From NCBI GenBank assembly GCA_977017645.1, contig OZ360222.1, positions 206,956,001 through 207,020,000 on the forward strand: a stretch of DNA of 64,000 nt, written 5' to 3'. Of the stretch, positions 23,865 to 37,800 are shown piece after piece (position 1 is the first letter of the stretch; each line of letters opens with the position of its first letter). The notes under the pieces were generated by a model that saw nothing but the letters and a program-made list of their open reading frames with translations, searched no databases and was not told the DNA's origin. The stretch is from Torpedo marmorata (Eukaryota). The position numbers and the translations under genes were made by a program.

Positions 23865-25104
23865 AGAGAGAGAGAGAGAGACGCTGAAGATCGATCTAGG
23901 TGGCACTGAACTGGAAGAAAGTGACTTTGCTGGCAGAAAGTCTCAGGGGTCATTGGTTTCATTTCTCCCAGTTGCAATACAAACAACACACAGCTTGAGC
24001 TTTGCAGACCTGCTTTTCACTGCCATTAGTCTGAACATTTTTTTTTAATTGGTGTGTTCATCAAATAAAAATGGAATTTGCACTTGCCAGCAGATTGTTA
24101 TTTCAGAACACTCTCCAAGTCAGCTCCTTTGCAACACCTCTGCATATTAATAAGGAATTTAAATAAATAATTGCAAAACGAGCTTGCTATAAATATGATG
24201 GGATTTAAGTGTCCTTTGAGAAAATTGGTGCACATGTGAGTAATATTCATATGTTTGTACAAGTTAATTAGTTCTCATTATACAACTTTGCAGAATAAAT
24301 GAATGAACAGTTCACATTTTAATAGCAAACCTCAGCATTAATATAGACTCAAGGGATTTATGTTAACCCTTTAGCTATTGATATAGAATATGCCAGACTA
24401 GAGTACTATATGTTTCATATTCACAATGAGCCTTTGATGTTTCCTATGGGTCACACTGTTTCTTAAGGGTTCCGGACTGTTGGTATGATTTGGTTATAAT
24501 ATCCCACTGACATCTTTGCAAGTTTAGTCAATGAATGCTGGAACTATACAAACCAGGAAGGATTAAATTTCATTCTCCAGTCTGTGCCCAGTTGGTTAAT
24601 TTCAATCAGGATTGGTTGACTATTAGGTTCCCTGTCTTGAACAGCTTGCTGGCACTTCCTGATAGGGTCACGTCTTCCTCTTCCACATCCCTGAAGAATG
24701 GATCAAGGATGACTTACCTCCACTCTGGTTTTGTAGTTACACTCTGTCAGCTTTGTTGGGCAGATGATGCTATTTGTACACCTGACACCAGACTCTTAAT
24801 TTATTCCAAGTTTTGACATGGGAAGAGATTACCAAGTGAACAGAAAAAGATTCAAATATGCGCTCCCATAATTCACCTGGTGCCTTTGGAATTACATCCT
24901 GACAAACAGTTAATAATTTGCAGAGAGAAGGGGAAGAATATAATTTACTGCAATGATTGGATTAGAAAGAATTCAGTCACAACATTTTGCAGCCAAGAGG
25001 AAGGAAAACTTTGATTAAACATAATAGGAGGTAAAAATACAGAGCTCAAGTAAATTGTAGGGACGGCAAATAAGGAATGAATTTCTGACTCGAGTTCCCT
25101 GGAT

Positions 25105-25872
25105 ATAAATGATTGTAAATGGCAAGCGATTGCAGCATGCTGCCGTACAGAAGGACTTGGGAATGCTTGTGCATGAATCACAAAAGGTTGGTTTGCAGGT
25201 ACAGCAGGCTATCAAGAAGGAAAATTGAATGTTAGCCTTCATTGCTAGAGGGATTAAATTTAGGAGCAGGGAGGTTATGCTGCAAATGTACAAGGCACTG
25301 GGGAGGCCACATCTGGAGTACTGCATGCAGTTCTGGTCTCCTTACTTGAGGGAGTATGTGCTGGCTTTGAGGGGGTGCAGATGAGGTTCACCAGATTGAT
25401 TCCAGAGATGAGGGGGTTAGCCTATGTGGAGAGATTGAGTCGTCTGGGGTTGTACTCGCTGGAATTTAGAAGACTGAGAGGGGATCTTATAGAAATGTAT
25501 AAAATTATGAAAGGCATAGAAAAGATAGAGGTAGGTAAGTTGTTCCCATTGGTGGGGGAGACTAGAACCAGGGGACATACCCTCAAGATCCAGGGTAGTA
25601 GATTTAGGATGATGAGGAGGAACTGCTTTTCCCAGAGGATGGTGAATCTATGGAATTCGCTGCTCATTGAAGCAGTGGAGGCTACCTCAGTGAATATATT
25701 TAAGACAAGGTTGGATACATTTTTGGAAAGTAAGGGAATTAAGGGATATGGGGAAAAGACAAGTAGGTGGAGATGAGCTTATCATCAGATCAGCCATGAT
25801 CTCATTGAATGGCGGAACAGGCTCGACAGGCTGGATGGCCTACTCTTGCTCCTATTTCTTATGTTCTTATGT
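25105..25872 (+). mobile_element. CR1 LINE 3' fragment
   Basis: RPHLEYCMQFWSP; ORF 25375-25776 RLGLYSLEFRRLRGDLIE...FSQRMVNLWNSL; tail tcctatttcttatgttcttatgt. Confidence 0.93.
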
Positions 25873-26129
25873 AAATAAATAAAATTTGAAGTTGTATGTA
25901 AATTCAGATAATAAAAAATGTCAGGACATTCTAATATAGAACAAGGAACTAAGATCTCAGAAAATTGGAGAAAATTAGCAAAAAAAGAAACAAGAGTCGG
26001 TACTTAGAGAAATGGGTTTGAAAAGTATAACCAGGCAGTCGTTGAGCTGTGAGAGATGAGGTGAACCTGCAGTGAATGAGTGATCAGATAACAAACCGAA
26101 GGCCTATCTGCCCTTAATTGGATACACAC

Positions 26130-26760
26130 AAGTGACTGCAGATGGTGGAATCTGAAGCTAAACACAATCTGCTGGAGGAACTCAGCAGGTCAAGCAGAAT
26201 CAGTGAGAGAGAACAAGAATGGTTGATGTTTCAAGCAGAAACCCTTTTGCGATACTGGGGAAATGTAGAAGAGAAGTCAGTGTAAAGAGAGGAGAGTGGG
26301 AGGGATAGTGCAGGGACCCCATGGGGATTGATGAACCAGGTGGAGGTAAAATGTGACGGACAGAGGCAGAAGGTTGACAGATGCCAGACAAAAGGAGAGA
26401 GGCGCAAGGAAACAAAGGGTCAGGTGGTAGAACATGAGTCATACGTGGTGGAGTGGGTGATTAGAAGACAACAGAATCCAATAAGAAGGTGAAAGTGGTG
26501 GTATATAGGGAGCCCAGATGGAATTGAAGTAAGGGGATGGGGTAGAGATAGTGGGAGAATCCATTGGGGAGATGGGGGTGGACCCAAAAAAGATGGGTGA
26601 TGAGAATGGGAGGGGGTGGGTGGGAAAGGGAACAAAAAAGGTAGGGGGAGGGGCAGAGCAGAGAGGACAGAAAAAAGAGAGAGGACTCATTACCTGAAAA
26701 TAATATGTCTGTAAATTCGACTGCTTCATACACCGAACAGGCAGTCTGCAGCCTAATGAT
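26130..26760 (-). mobile_element. Penelope-like element 3' end/pLTR remnant
   Basis: ctgcagatggtggaatctg...ctgctggaggaactcagcaggtcaagcag...gatgtttc, followed by the purine-rich tract seen in the other copies. Confidence 0.65.
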
Positions 26761-27079
26761 ATGAACATAGTGTTTAATAGGTACATGGTTTTAGGTTTTA
26801 TGCTCGTCACCAAAGGTGGTAATGGAACAGTTCATGGTGGTGATTATTCAAAGATCCGGTACTCAAAGTTAAAGCAAATTACCTGGACATTTGGTTTGAA
26901 GAAACCCAGAAAGAAATAGAGGAGACTCAGTCTGGAGTTTTCCAGTATCCATGGGAAGGAAATCTATGCTGGAATATTGGGATTACACGTGCAGGCTCAA
27001 TTCATCATGCTGTCTGCCCTCTCATGCCTTTGATTTTATTGCCCACCCTCCTCCTACCTATTTTTTTCCCTCCACATAA

Positions 27080-27450
27080 ATTTTCACCTGGCTCAGCTCA
27101 AAGCCCTTGGCTTTGGTTACCTCAAAACTTGATTGGCCTTTCTCATTCTTCTCTCTCCAAATAGGGTTGTACCATTCAACATGTCCAGTTCATTCATCAA
27201 CTCTCTGTTTGATGACATTCAGTGGCTTCTTGTTGAGCAATGTCTCAATTTTGAAACCTTTTCATGATATGGGTCATTCTCCCTGTTGTTCTAACCACGT
27301 CCTACCCTGTATCCCTCCGAGATCTATGGCCTCTTGATTATTCCTGAATTTAATTGTTTCCGGATTGGTAGTTGTGTCTTCAGCTGCCAAGAATTCTTTC
27401 TATTAACCTTTCCTTCTCCATCTCTTTTTTTAAAGCACTTTGTGAAACAT
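27080..27450 (+). mobile_element. Old L2 LINE 3' fragment
   Basis: ALVTSKLD (compare L2 ALVTSRLDY) and cagtggcttcttgttgagcaatgtctcaattttgaaa (compare LHWLPV..RI.FK). Confidence 0.45.
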
Positions 27451-30400
27451 AAATTTTGGTTCTGTCTGCTAATACCTCTGAAAGACGATTACCTGTTAAA
27501 GGTGGAGGCAGGTAGGTTGGAAGGTGAGCGCAGGGGGAACACTACACTTGTTCTGGCCGGAAGGAGGAAGGTTGAAAGCAGAGGTGTGGGAAATTGAGGA
27601 GTACTGAAATATTGTGCTGCATTCAAAGTGCTATACAAGGTTAGGCTGTTGTTTTGAGCCTATCACCCTGTTTCTCCACATTCACTCCTCCCCCTCCCAA
27701 CCAGAACCAAAGTCGGGTGTAAATCTTGGCAGGTATTTTGATGAGGCAAATAGTGATATATTGTTTCTATTGGTCAGCAATGCAGTAATGAGAGGTCATA
27801 AATTTAGAAAAGAATTTATTACCCTGGAGGGTGCTTAGACTGTGGGACTTTCTGCAACAAAGCACACTGAAATATATTCCATAAATTCTTTGCAAAGGGC
27901 ACTAGATGGTTGCGTGAAAACAAGGAATCTCAAATAGCATGGGAGTAAGCAAGAAAATGAGATTAGACCAGGAAAATCATTCAGGGAAGTGATAAAGTAG
28001 ATTTGATAATCAACCTGTTTCTGTATTGTGATATTCAATATTTTTCTCTTATTATGAATGTGCCTGTGCATACAAAAGAGACAACCTGTGGGATTAATTT
28101 TAGTTTCATCTGTTCAGTAGATTTCTGACTGGGTCAGACATGATTGTGCACCCCATGTAATTTCAATTCTCATTGACTTCAATGGACCTGACTTCATCAG
28201 TTATGATGCTGTGGACTGTGAGGAGTTATGTGAATCTGTGTAATTCTACTGTGGAACAATGTGATATTTGTTAAAGCTTTAGATCAGTGTGGTGTTCTCC
28301 ATTAACCACTCCGTTTATTGGCAAAATAGCTCTTGCAGCTGATGAAATGGTTTATGAAACTTGATATCTTCACAGCAGTGCATGATTTGGGGATGGGTAT
28401 TAAAGGATTTGAAGCTGCATTCCTTTTGCGCCGATTATGAAGAGTTAATCCAACGGTATCTGATGCTGACACACAAGATTGAAAGGCAGGATGAGGTGGC
28501 AGCAGAAGGGAAATTACGGACTTGCCGTGGGCTCGACGAAACCCGGACCTTCATGTATGATATGAGAAAACCTTGGACGTAGCCACTCATGCCCACTGAT
28601 GAGCAACACCTGCCTTGCTGTCACTTCTGCGCTTTTTGATGGTTGTTAAGCAAGTGCAGGCAGCACTTCAAAGCATTTGTGTGGGTCTGCTTCAGCCCTG
28701 CTTAAAGGGAACCTGGCTGAACAGGTGTAAAGCCTTGCTCTCAGATTATGTCCCCTTTAAGCTTTCTCCAGTCACAACTACCATCTCCATTACCCACCCC
28801 TATCAAGGTGTCCCATCTCCATCCATCAATCTTCCACTTGACCTTCATTTCCCCTTCCCTTTTGACCAATGAGCTTTCAGCTAATCCCAGCTTCTCTTTC
28901 CCCCCCACCCCTATCAATTCTCCATGCTTCATTCACTCCTTCCAACTGGCCACGGATGACAAGCCCCGTGTTCCCGCGCCTGGATATTCTGGAGGGAGAT
29001 TTGACCATAACTTGTTCATTGGCAAGGTCAGCTCTGGGTGAATGAGTTTGCAGAGGGAGGAGACTGGCAGGTTACAGGATGGATGAGTCCTTGATCTTCA
29101 CATGGATGGGCCCTTCTGCAGATACTAGAATTGGAGGTACAGATGGAATGGTAGTGTTTCCTAGGTGGGGGATGAGAGGTTCGCTTTATGATTGCACTTG
29201 TCATCATGTTGTAACTTTTGGGCAGTAAGATCCAGATCCTCGTTTCAATATTACTGGCCAGCTCCCTGCCCCAAATGCATGTTCCAATGCAGCTCATTGG
29301 ATCCAAACTTGTGCAAAATCCTGCTCCTCCTGGGCCCACACCATTAAAAACAACCTTTCACTGCCTCTGCAGCTCTACTGTCTGTAAAGCAGCCGAGTGC
29401 ATTGTCTGGCACAATCTTTCTTCACACGATCAGGATCTTTTGCAAGCAATAGCAGCCCGATTTATACGACTTTACTGATAACGACATTTGGGCGCTTCAG
29501 AATTCCAGACGACAGGCTCTGTAATAAAAGTCTGTTGTCATTAATTAAATCTGCTGATCCGTTTTAAGACCATTACTGCAAATTTTTTTTCATTAAATTA
29601 AAATCTGTGTTTTTACAATACTGTATATAAGTTTCTGATTGACAGCCTCCTTACTAAATTCAGCTAACTGATGTGTCCTTCAATGAAATACAACTTTCAT
29701 GAAGTTGTATATGTTTCAAAGTTTGCTGAAGCAGTTTGGGAATCATTGTACGTTAATCATCTATTTTGTTAGAGTCTTCATGGTAAAAGATGATGTCCTT
29801 GCACTGTTTTAACTGTACTTTTCTCCACCCCCTGCACTTTGTCCTTATAGCACTGTACCCTGCAACATGTTGAGTAATAAACAGAAGAGACATGGTAAAG
29901 GTAAAGAACACAAAGTGGTATATTTAACCCAGAAAGGGTTAAATAACCTTTGTGTGGATTTCATGCAATGCTTGATCATTTGGCAGGTCTTTGGGGTAAA
30001 AGTATCTCAAGCAGACTTTCTGAATGCATTTTCTTACCTTGATTTTATTAATTTTCAATCCTGTAAAATCAGATTTCCAAATAAACTAAATTTGAATCAT
30101 CAGAATTATTACTTATAAATGAAAATATTTTAAAGCACAATCATGTCCTTCCAAATGGCTCTTATGCCATATTAATGTTATGCTGGTACTGAGAGCAGCT
30201 TGTTTTAATGGTTTTCCAATCAGAGTAATTGAATTTGTCTGTTCTACGGTCAATTAACCTCCCTGAGTTAACCTTTCAAGCGCACAGTCCAAGCCATCAA
30301 GTAAGTTTTAACTGAATTAATTTCTCAGCAGAGGTGTTGACAAAAACAAATAAAATCCATCCAGTCAAGGCAGGGACTGATTGGGTAGCCAGTCACCATT

Positions 30401-30949
30401 GCTATAGAAACAATGGAACTTGTCCAGCAGTGCAACTGGCAGGAATCAGTGTTTATGTAAAGCCACACAAAATGTAACACAAAGATGAACAGATGCATGG
30501 ACCATTGTTCTGATATAATCTACATTAACGACTGGGAAATGGTCCTGAGAGCAGAGAAGAAAAAAAAAGAATAACATTGGGAATTCCAGTTTTTGTTTGT
30601 CAGGATACCCTGGTATAACATGCTACTGTGTCACCATGACCTTCGTAATGCCATTCCTACAAAAATTTAGATTTACATCAAACCTTTCATGTAGAAAAAT
30701 ATCCCCGGTTGTTGTCATTGAAATGACACAGATGTTATGACAATGTTCGGGGAAAATCTTAAGGGAAGTCTTAAAGGAGGAAAGAGATGAGACACTTGTG
30801 GAGGTGGATTAGTTTAGGATGGAAATTCCAGTGCTTAGTCCAAAACTGGCTGAAGGCGTGATAGTCAGTGGTGGGAGAGAGGATTGGTTAGTATGGGCAA
30901 GGCCAGAATAAAATGACTATGGGATATCAGGGGAAAAAGTAATAAATTG

Positions 30950-32110
30950 GGGAAAGACTCATGACAACATTGTTAGGTAGGAACTGAGGCGAGTAGATTA
31001 GGAGCGGCTGTTACTGGGTAAGTACACATCTGACATATGGGAGTCATTTCAAAGCTAGGTGATCGGAATTCAGGACCAGCATGTTCCTGTGAGGAAGGAA
31101 GACAAGGACGGCAAGATTCAAGATCGTTGGATGACGAGAGGTGTTGCAAATTTAGTCAAAAAGGAAAAGGAAGCACATTTAAGGTTTAGAAAGCTGAAAT
31201 TGGAGAAGGCCCTTGAGGAATGTGAAGCGAGCAGGAAATAACAAAGGGGAAATTACGAGGAATATAAGGGGCCATGGTATGTGCATGGTGAATTGGATAA
31301 AGGGAAATCTCCAGGCATTTGATATATGTGTTAAAAACAAGAGGATGCTGAGGGAGAGGATAGATCACTCAAAGACAAAGGAGGAAATTTATGCCTGGAG
31401 CCAAAGGGAGTGGGTGAGCTAATGAACGAGTACTTTGCATTGGTATTAACCAAAGAGGAGAGTGAGATTATGGATAAGTGTGCTGATAATCTAGAGCATG
31501 TTTATATCAAAAGATGTTGGGTCTTCTGAAGAACACTATGGTTGATGTGACCCCAGGGACTGATGGGATTTATCCCAGGTTATTGAGTGAGGCATGAAAT
31601 GAGATTGCTGAGGCTTTGCCAGAGATCTTTGCATTCTCTTTAGCCACAGGAGAGGCCCCAGAGGATTGGAGAATAGCAAATGTTGTTCCTTTGTTGAAAA
31701 AGGCCAGTGAGTCTTATATCAGTGGTTGGGAATTTATTGGAGAAGATTCATAGGGATACGATCCACTCCCACGTGGAAAAGTATAGGCTTGTTAGGGATT
31801 GTCAGCATGGCTTTGTGCAGGGCAGGTCTTACAAACTTGTTGAGGGGTGACGAAGATGATTGACAAGTGTAGGGCAGTGGATGTTGTATACGTGGACTTT
31901 CATAAAGCATTTGATAAGGTCCCTCATGGTAGGATGATCCAAAAGATCAAGACATACGGGATCCACGATGACTTGATGGATTGGATTCAAATTTGGTTTA
32001 GCCATAGGACACAGAGGGTAGAGGTGCGGAGGTTTTATTCTGACTGGAGTGATGAGTAGTACTGAGTGATGAGGGATCACTGCTGAGACCTCGATTCTTT
32101 GTAATATGTA
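30950..32110 (+). mobile_element. Degenerate CR1 ORF2 (RT N-terminal part)
   Basis: PGTDGIYPRLL, PEDWRIANVVPL, QHGFV; ORF 31847 VDVVYVDFHKAFDKVPHGR. Confidence 0.88.
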
Positions 32111-32559
32111 TGGTATAAAACCACAGCCTGGACTGCAGAGATGGAGATAAGGGATCACGAAGTTGGTTCATGTCAAAGTGGGCAAAAGCCCACAGAATAA
32201 GGCGACTGTGTGCCATGACAACTAAAGTTTGGAGATCTGAAGATTATTTTTACTCTTGCAGTTTCAAGTGTGCACGTGGCTTTCTGTGTGTTTTATGCTA
32301 CTGAGAATTGCTAGCCTGCTAAAATCATCTTTACAAAATGCAAGCAAATTATTGGGAAATAATTTTGAAACTGATTGACAAATTGTGTCTTTTGAGGTGA
32401 CATTTGAAGCTGTAAAGTTGTACAGCACCAAAATAGGCCCTTTCACCCATGTCCACTCTTTGCTCAACTAATTCCGTTTGTCTCCGTGAGGACAGCATCC
32501 ATCTCTGCTTTGTCTTTCTAAATGTAATCATGTCAAAACAAGCGTGAAAATCAATGCCC

Positions 32560-32765
32560 CTTGGTTATTGAGGATGGTCAAAGTCTGGAACATTATCTGA
32601 AGGGATGGTGGTGGAAGATACCTTCAGTGCATTTAAAAACAACTTAGAGGAGAATAATAGAAACAACTTGCAAGCATATAGATTATGATCTCGGTGGCGA
32701 GGTTCACTAAAACTGTGTTTTCTCAAGCAGCATGAACTCAATGGGCCCAATGGTCTGCTTCGGCT
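32560..32765 (+). mobile_element. CR1 3' end remnant
   Basis: gaggatggtcaaagtctggaacattatctgaagggatggtggtggaag...gcatttaaaa...atgggcccaatggtctgctt. Confidence 0.55.
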
Positions 32766-32771
32766 CCGAAT

Positions 32772-33015
32772 GGGCGGACGGTTAGCGTGGCAGTAAGCAC
32801 AACACTATTACAGCGCCAGCGACCCGGGTTCAAATCCGGCACTGTCTGTAAGGAGTTTGTACGTTCTCCCCATGACCTGTGTGGGTTATCCCAGGGTGCT
32901 TTGGTTTCCTCCCACCCTCCTAAACGTACAGCATTGTAGGTTAATTGGGTGTAATTGGGCAGCATGGGTTTCAATGGCCGGAATCGCCTTCCAGTGTGGT
33001 GTGAATAAAATTTAA
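32772..33015 (+). mobile_element. tRNA-derived SINE (HE1-like)
   Basis: gggcggacggttagcgtggcagtaagc...gggttcaaatcc...ctgtaaggagtttgtacgttctcccc. Confidence 0.85.
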
Positions 33016-33724
33016 AAAATAATGTTAAAAAATCTTATAACTCAACATATCTTTAAAATGGAGCATGTCATGTTGGGAGAAAAAATGATACTGTTATGAA
33101 GGTTATGGTCGAGCCTGGCATTGGCAAGGTTACAGATCCTAATTCGAGGGTGAAATCTGTAGTCACAATGGATAAATAATTTAAACCTTTAATCCAAGTG
33201 GTTTTCTGCTATTTTTAACCAGGATGCAATTTTTATGTCATGTTCCTCAGGGGTTCTCAGGTTTTTGTTAATAAACTTTAAACAGCTTTTAATGTAGACA
33301 CCTTAGCCAGTGGGGATTAATTGTGCAGCCACAATTTTTTCTTTTTTTTTTTTTTTTGCTTCCTTTGATTAATGTACAGCCACAGGGAGCTGATAGCAGA
33401 GTGCGCTATCAGGGTTGCAGGTTCCTTCAGAAAACTGTAAATCTTTACATTTGTAAATTCCATTGCAGAATCTCCAATGGAAGTAATTGATAATTTTTTA
33501 TTGAAAATAAATTTGCATCTGAAGGGGCAAAGGCTGAAAATTGCATGGAGAAATTTGAGGCGAAATAAATGAGGCGCCACTTAACCCTCTTCTGTCTGCT
33601 CTACACATTTTAGTGTCTCCTACTGCCTTCAAATATCCGCAGAGTGCAAACATATGGAATCCAGAGATGATGACAAACAGGGTTGTGTATCGTTAAACCA
33701 TCACAATATATTTCTACTTAAACA

Positions 33725-33905
33725 GGAAAGTCTGCAGACGCTATTATAGTGCAATGCACACAAGTGCTGAAGAGACTCAGCAAATCACGCAGCATCCATA
33801 GTAAGCAAAGGTGTATCACCAACGTTTCATGCCTGAGCCTGAGCCTGCCTGCTTTCTGCTCATACCTTGTCAAACGGCTCAGGCCAGAAACATTGGTTAT
33901 AGATC
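33725..33905. mobile_element. Palindromic Penelope-like pLTR derivative
   Basis: Minus arm ending accaacgtttcatgcctgagcc; plus arm ggctcaggccagaaacattggt. Confidence 0.6.
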
Positions 33906-34359
33906 TTACAATATCTTTCTAAATTGCTGCTGGTATCTTACCAGGTTAAGGATGGGCAAGTTGGCTTCAAAAATAAACTATTTCAATTTTCTTGCTGGTT
34001 TAGCAACTTTATTCAGTGTGCAGCTGAATCACTTGGAGGAGGAATACCCAGAGTTTCTGTTAAATAAGCTAACACATCTCAGCAACGGCAGTAGCCGACT
34101 ATATTTAGACTGGGGATTGGTGTCTGTTCTTGTCAGCTGTCCAGCAGCGTCAGCTGGCATAGGTGGATGCAGATTTGGAAATGATTGGCACCACCTTGGA
34201 CAAAGTGTTAGAGGGAACGAGGTACCCTTGGGATTGTACGGTTTTAGTGGTCATCTCCTTCAGGAGACATGAGAGATTTGGGAGGGGGGAAAAAAAGATG
34301 TGTATTGGTCCTTTCTATGAGGTATAATAAAAGAAAAACATTTCTCGAAAAATATCAGC

Positions 34360-34550
34360 TGTTCAAGCAGCATCTGTGCAAAGAGAAACAGTTAACATTT
34401 CAGATCCAGGATTATTGATCTGAAATTTGAGTTCTGATGAAAGGTCCTGAACCTGAAACATTAGCTGTTCTTCTATCGACAGATGCTACCTGACATGCTG
34501 AATATTTCCAATATTTTGTATCAATTTCAGGGTTCTAGAATCTGCAATTG
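34360..34550. mobile_element. Palindromic Penelope-like pLTR derivative with hammerhead motif
   Basis: cagcatctgtgcaaagagaaacagttaacatttcag versus ctgaaacattagctgttcttctatcgacagatgct; CTGATGA at 34434 and GAAA at 34455. Confidence 0.65.
34434..34470 (+). ncRNA. Minimal type I hammerhead ribozyme-like motif
   Basis: CTGATGA, stem II (agg...cct), GAAA, stem III aca/tgt, then a GUH-type site; stem I not confirmed. Confidence 0.5.
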
Positions 34551-34603
34551 TTTTAATGTTTGTTTCTTGTTATAAGATTGTAGGTTGTTGCAATATCACA
34601 ATA

Positions 34604-34824
34604 CAGTAAAACCCCCGGTATCCGGCACCTATGGGGATTGGTAGATGTCGGATAAGTGAATTTTCTGGTTGCTTGAAACTGCGTGTTGCGTGATTGGCAA
34701 ACTAACCGCTAGAGGGCATCAATTTTAAACTTTTGTATTTTTTTCCTATTTATTTTCTGCAATTATTTTTGCCGATTGCTTGAGGCTGCCAGTTGCTTGA
34801 ATTCCGGATAACGGGATTTTACTG
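34604..34824. mobile_element. Tigger/pogo-like MITE
   Basis: TIR cagtaaaacccccggtatccgg / ccggataacgggattttactg, TA flanks. Confidence 0.85.
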
Positions 34825-37800
34825 TATCTTATTTCTTTCTGGTTATCACATATGCTGCTGAGTTCTCTCACTAATATAATCCCACATCCAATTTATCACT
34901 GCATGCTTCAGCCTCCAAAATATAGCTTGGCCACACCTTACCTTCTTGCTGCATCTGCTGAGATCTTCATTCAAAGCTTAGCTATCTCCACATTTGAATA
35001 AACCCGTGTTTATTTGGCAGTTGCTCACCAAAGAAGCTTACCCAGGACTTTACGAATTACTTCCTTTACCATTCTAAATGCTGGTCATTTTTAACCATAT
35101 GCTCTTTGTTTCCCATGGTCCCAACACCTTAGTTTCAAAATATTTGCCCTCATTTACATTCTTGTTTTACTATCCTCTGATTTTAGTTCCTGTCTTGTGA
35201 TTTTCTTTGCCTTTAGTTGTTTTCCTGATTTATCTAATAGCACAAGTGAAATTCACACGCAATGCTTGTTTGCTTGGCATTTTTAAGATTGCCAGTGCAA
35301 GATTAATTTTTTTCTCTATTTTGAGTCAGAGGAAGCAAATTCTTTTGAGTTGTTTCCTACCACCAGACTACCTTGTTTTTGAAGAACACACGATACAAAC
35401 ACTGGAAACTGGGTGAAATACATGCCCTCTTGCTGAGGGATTGATTTTCTTGAACAAAGAAAGATCTGTCAGCAAAGAGCAATCAGTATGACCAGAAGTA
35501 CAAAAATTGTTTTCCTCTTGTATATAAAAATTATAAACCACTCTTCCATACAAGTGGATATTCCTCTTGTCAGATGCCCATGAACTCTATATACAATGAT
35601 ACATTCAATAGCTTTGTTTGCAACAAGCCTGTACTGATTGAACTCGTCATCATTTCTGTTGTTGTGTCCGTGCACCTGTAGAAGGGAGATAATAGGACTC
35701 GCATATATTTTTGTTCAATCAGCAATTCTTCCTATATTGTTTGATAGCCTGTAATAAGCTGGCTCACTGCCTTGCCGCCGTTAGCTTGCGGAGGAGGCAG
35801 GTGCTGTGGTGCGATTACTTGGCAGGGTAGTAAGCCAAACTTGTCATTCTTCTCTGACAAGCACTCAGGAATAATTAGTGCTGTGAGGATTTTTACAAGA
35901 CCAGGAAGAAAAGTAACATTTTGCGAACAATACCACTGTAGTCCCTGTTTATATTTGTAAAGGATTACCTGATAAGAACTGATGGGGAACACTCTGTCTT
36001 ACAAGGCCTTATCAGCAAAGGGAAATAAGGAGGTAAACAGAGCCCTGACTTGGTCGTGGCTGTTTCTGCGATGGTGATGTGTAGATGCTGCAGGACTGCA
36101 GGAAGGTTATGATGGAGCGATGTTGTGTTCCAGGCAAATTGTTGTGGCAGCTATTTTGCTTTTCTGGATAATACCCATTACATTGTAAAAACTTAGTTTG
36201 CAGGTGCAGACACATCTGTGCAGCAGATCTTTGCAGTAAATGGAGATCCACTAAAATCAAGACTTCATTCTGACCGATGAACAGAGGGGCTTAAAATGAG
36301 AGGGTTGGCATCCAGCTTTAATTCTACAGTATTATTTTTAAATGATTGTTAAGGATGCCCGCCTGTGGCTACTAACACCCTAATATAAGTATGTGATTGA
36401 GTCTCATTGTCTTCAAGATCTTTCTATCATTTTGATGTTGGCCAGAGTGTGAAGCAGCCTGAATTCCTGCTGCCAGAACCATACTAAAGCTGTATCCGTG
36501 AGATATCTTTGTTTGTGGGGCCAGGAGGAGGAAGTGAGCTTATTCAGATCCCACTGGGGATTCGTAGTCTTCCCTCTCCTGGACTTCCATCTCTTCCCAA
36601 ATACTAATCATCCCGAAATCCACTTTTTATCCCACCTGGACATCACAATTATTCTGGGCCTGGCTGTCCACTTTTAATGGTGACTTCTCCAGACTTCATG
36701 ACTGTTAGGATGAAGAGGTCATCGAACAGTGCGTTAATATGGCCTGCTGTGTGTCTCCTGCATATATGTTAGGCCAGTTTTGATTCCAAGAGTGAAATTT
36801 CCCAAAATGTGTCACAGAATTGGAAGCCTTGTGTTGTTTTGCTTGACCTTTATGTTATACGACCTGCAGAGGGGAGAGGGTTCCAAAAGGGGAGGGAAAC
36901 AAAGCAAAAAATGAGAGGGTGCTATGACTGTTATATTGGTCTGTGTCATGGACTGTTCTTATGCAGTCTTTGACAAAGCAGAAATATACTTATTATAGTT
37001 TGTAAACCTGAAGAGTCCAGTCTCTCTCTTTTCTCTCTCTTTTATGAGAGAGGTAGTGGAGTGTATTCCCCAAGGCCAACAATAAAGCTTTCTCTTCATT
37101 CATCAGTTTCCTTTTAGCATCACCTCCACACATCCCTTGGCACACACCATTTATATTTTCTTGCAATAAATAAAGCAATATCCCAGCAACCTTTCTAAAA
37201 AAAAATCATTTTTTTTAAGCTATTATCCCTGAAAGATGAGAGAAACCACACCTATCTATTTGACATGCAGCACACATTGGATTAAACAGAGCCTGAGCTA
37301 ACAGTGGAAGAGGTGATGGAAGGAAGGAGCTGAGACATTGAACTGCAATCTTAAAGTTTGCAGGGAAATCTCAGGTTTCTCTATTTTGTAACACAATCAC
37401 TTCTTAAAAATAATGTCAAGGGTTTTATTCATTGTTAAAATATTCAGCATTGGGGCCTTACCCATTCTGTAAATTCAATATGTGACAGAACTTTGCACTT
37501 CTAATGGGGGTTCTATTGACCAATGGTTAAGAACACCGCATCATATTCAATATCAGAATGTGTCTTGGTTCTGTACATCTGCAAAATGAGTTGGAACATT
37601 TGTTATCATCATAATTAGAAAAATAGATTGAATGGACATATGGATTTACTATCTGCCAGTTGCCTATGTCACTTCTAATTGTTTAAAATAACCAAATAAA
37701 TCAGAGTAATATGGTTAAAAGGTTTACAAGGAAATCAGCCTGTTTTATGTAAGTGGGAAATTTATTAATGTATGTAGCTTATCCATTAGTTCTGTAAAAG

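Noticed and set aside
35469-35690. Possible minus-strand exon after the acceptor-like cccttctacag
   Set aside because: No recognisable protein in any frame and no clear donor site; a non-coding exon cannot be supported from sequence alone
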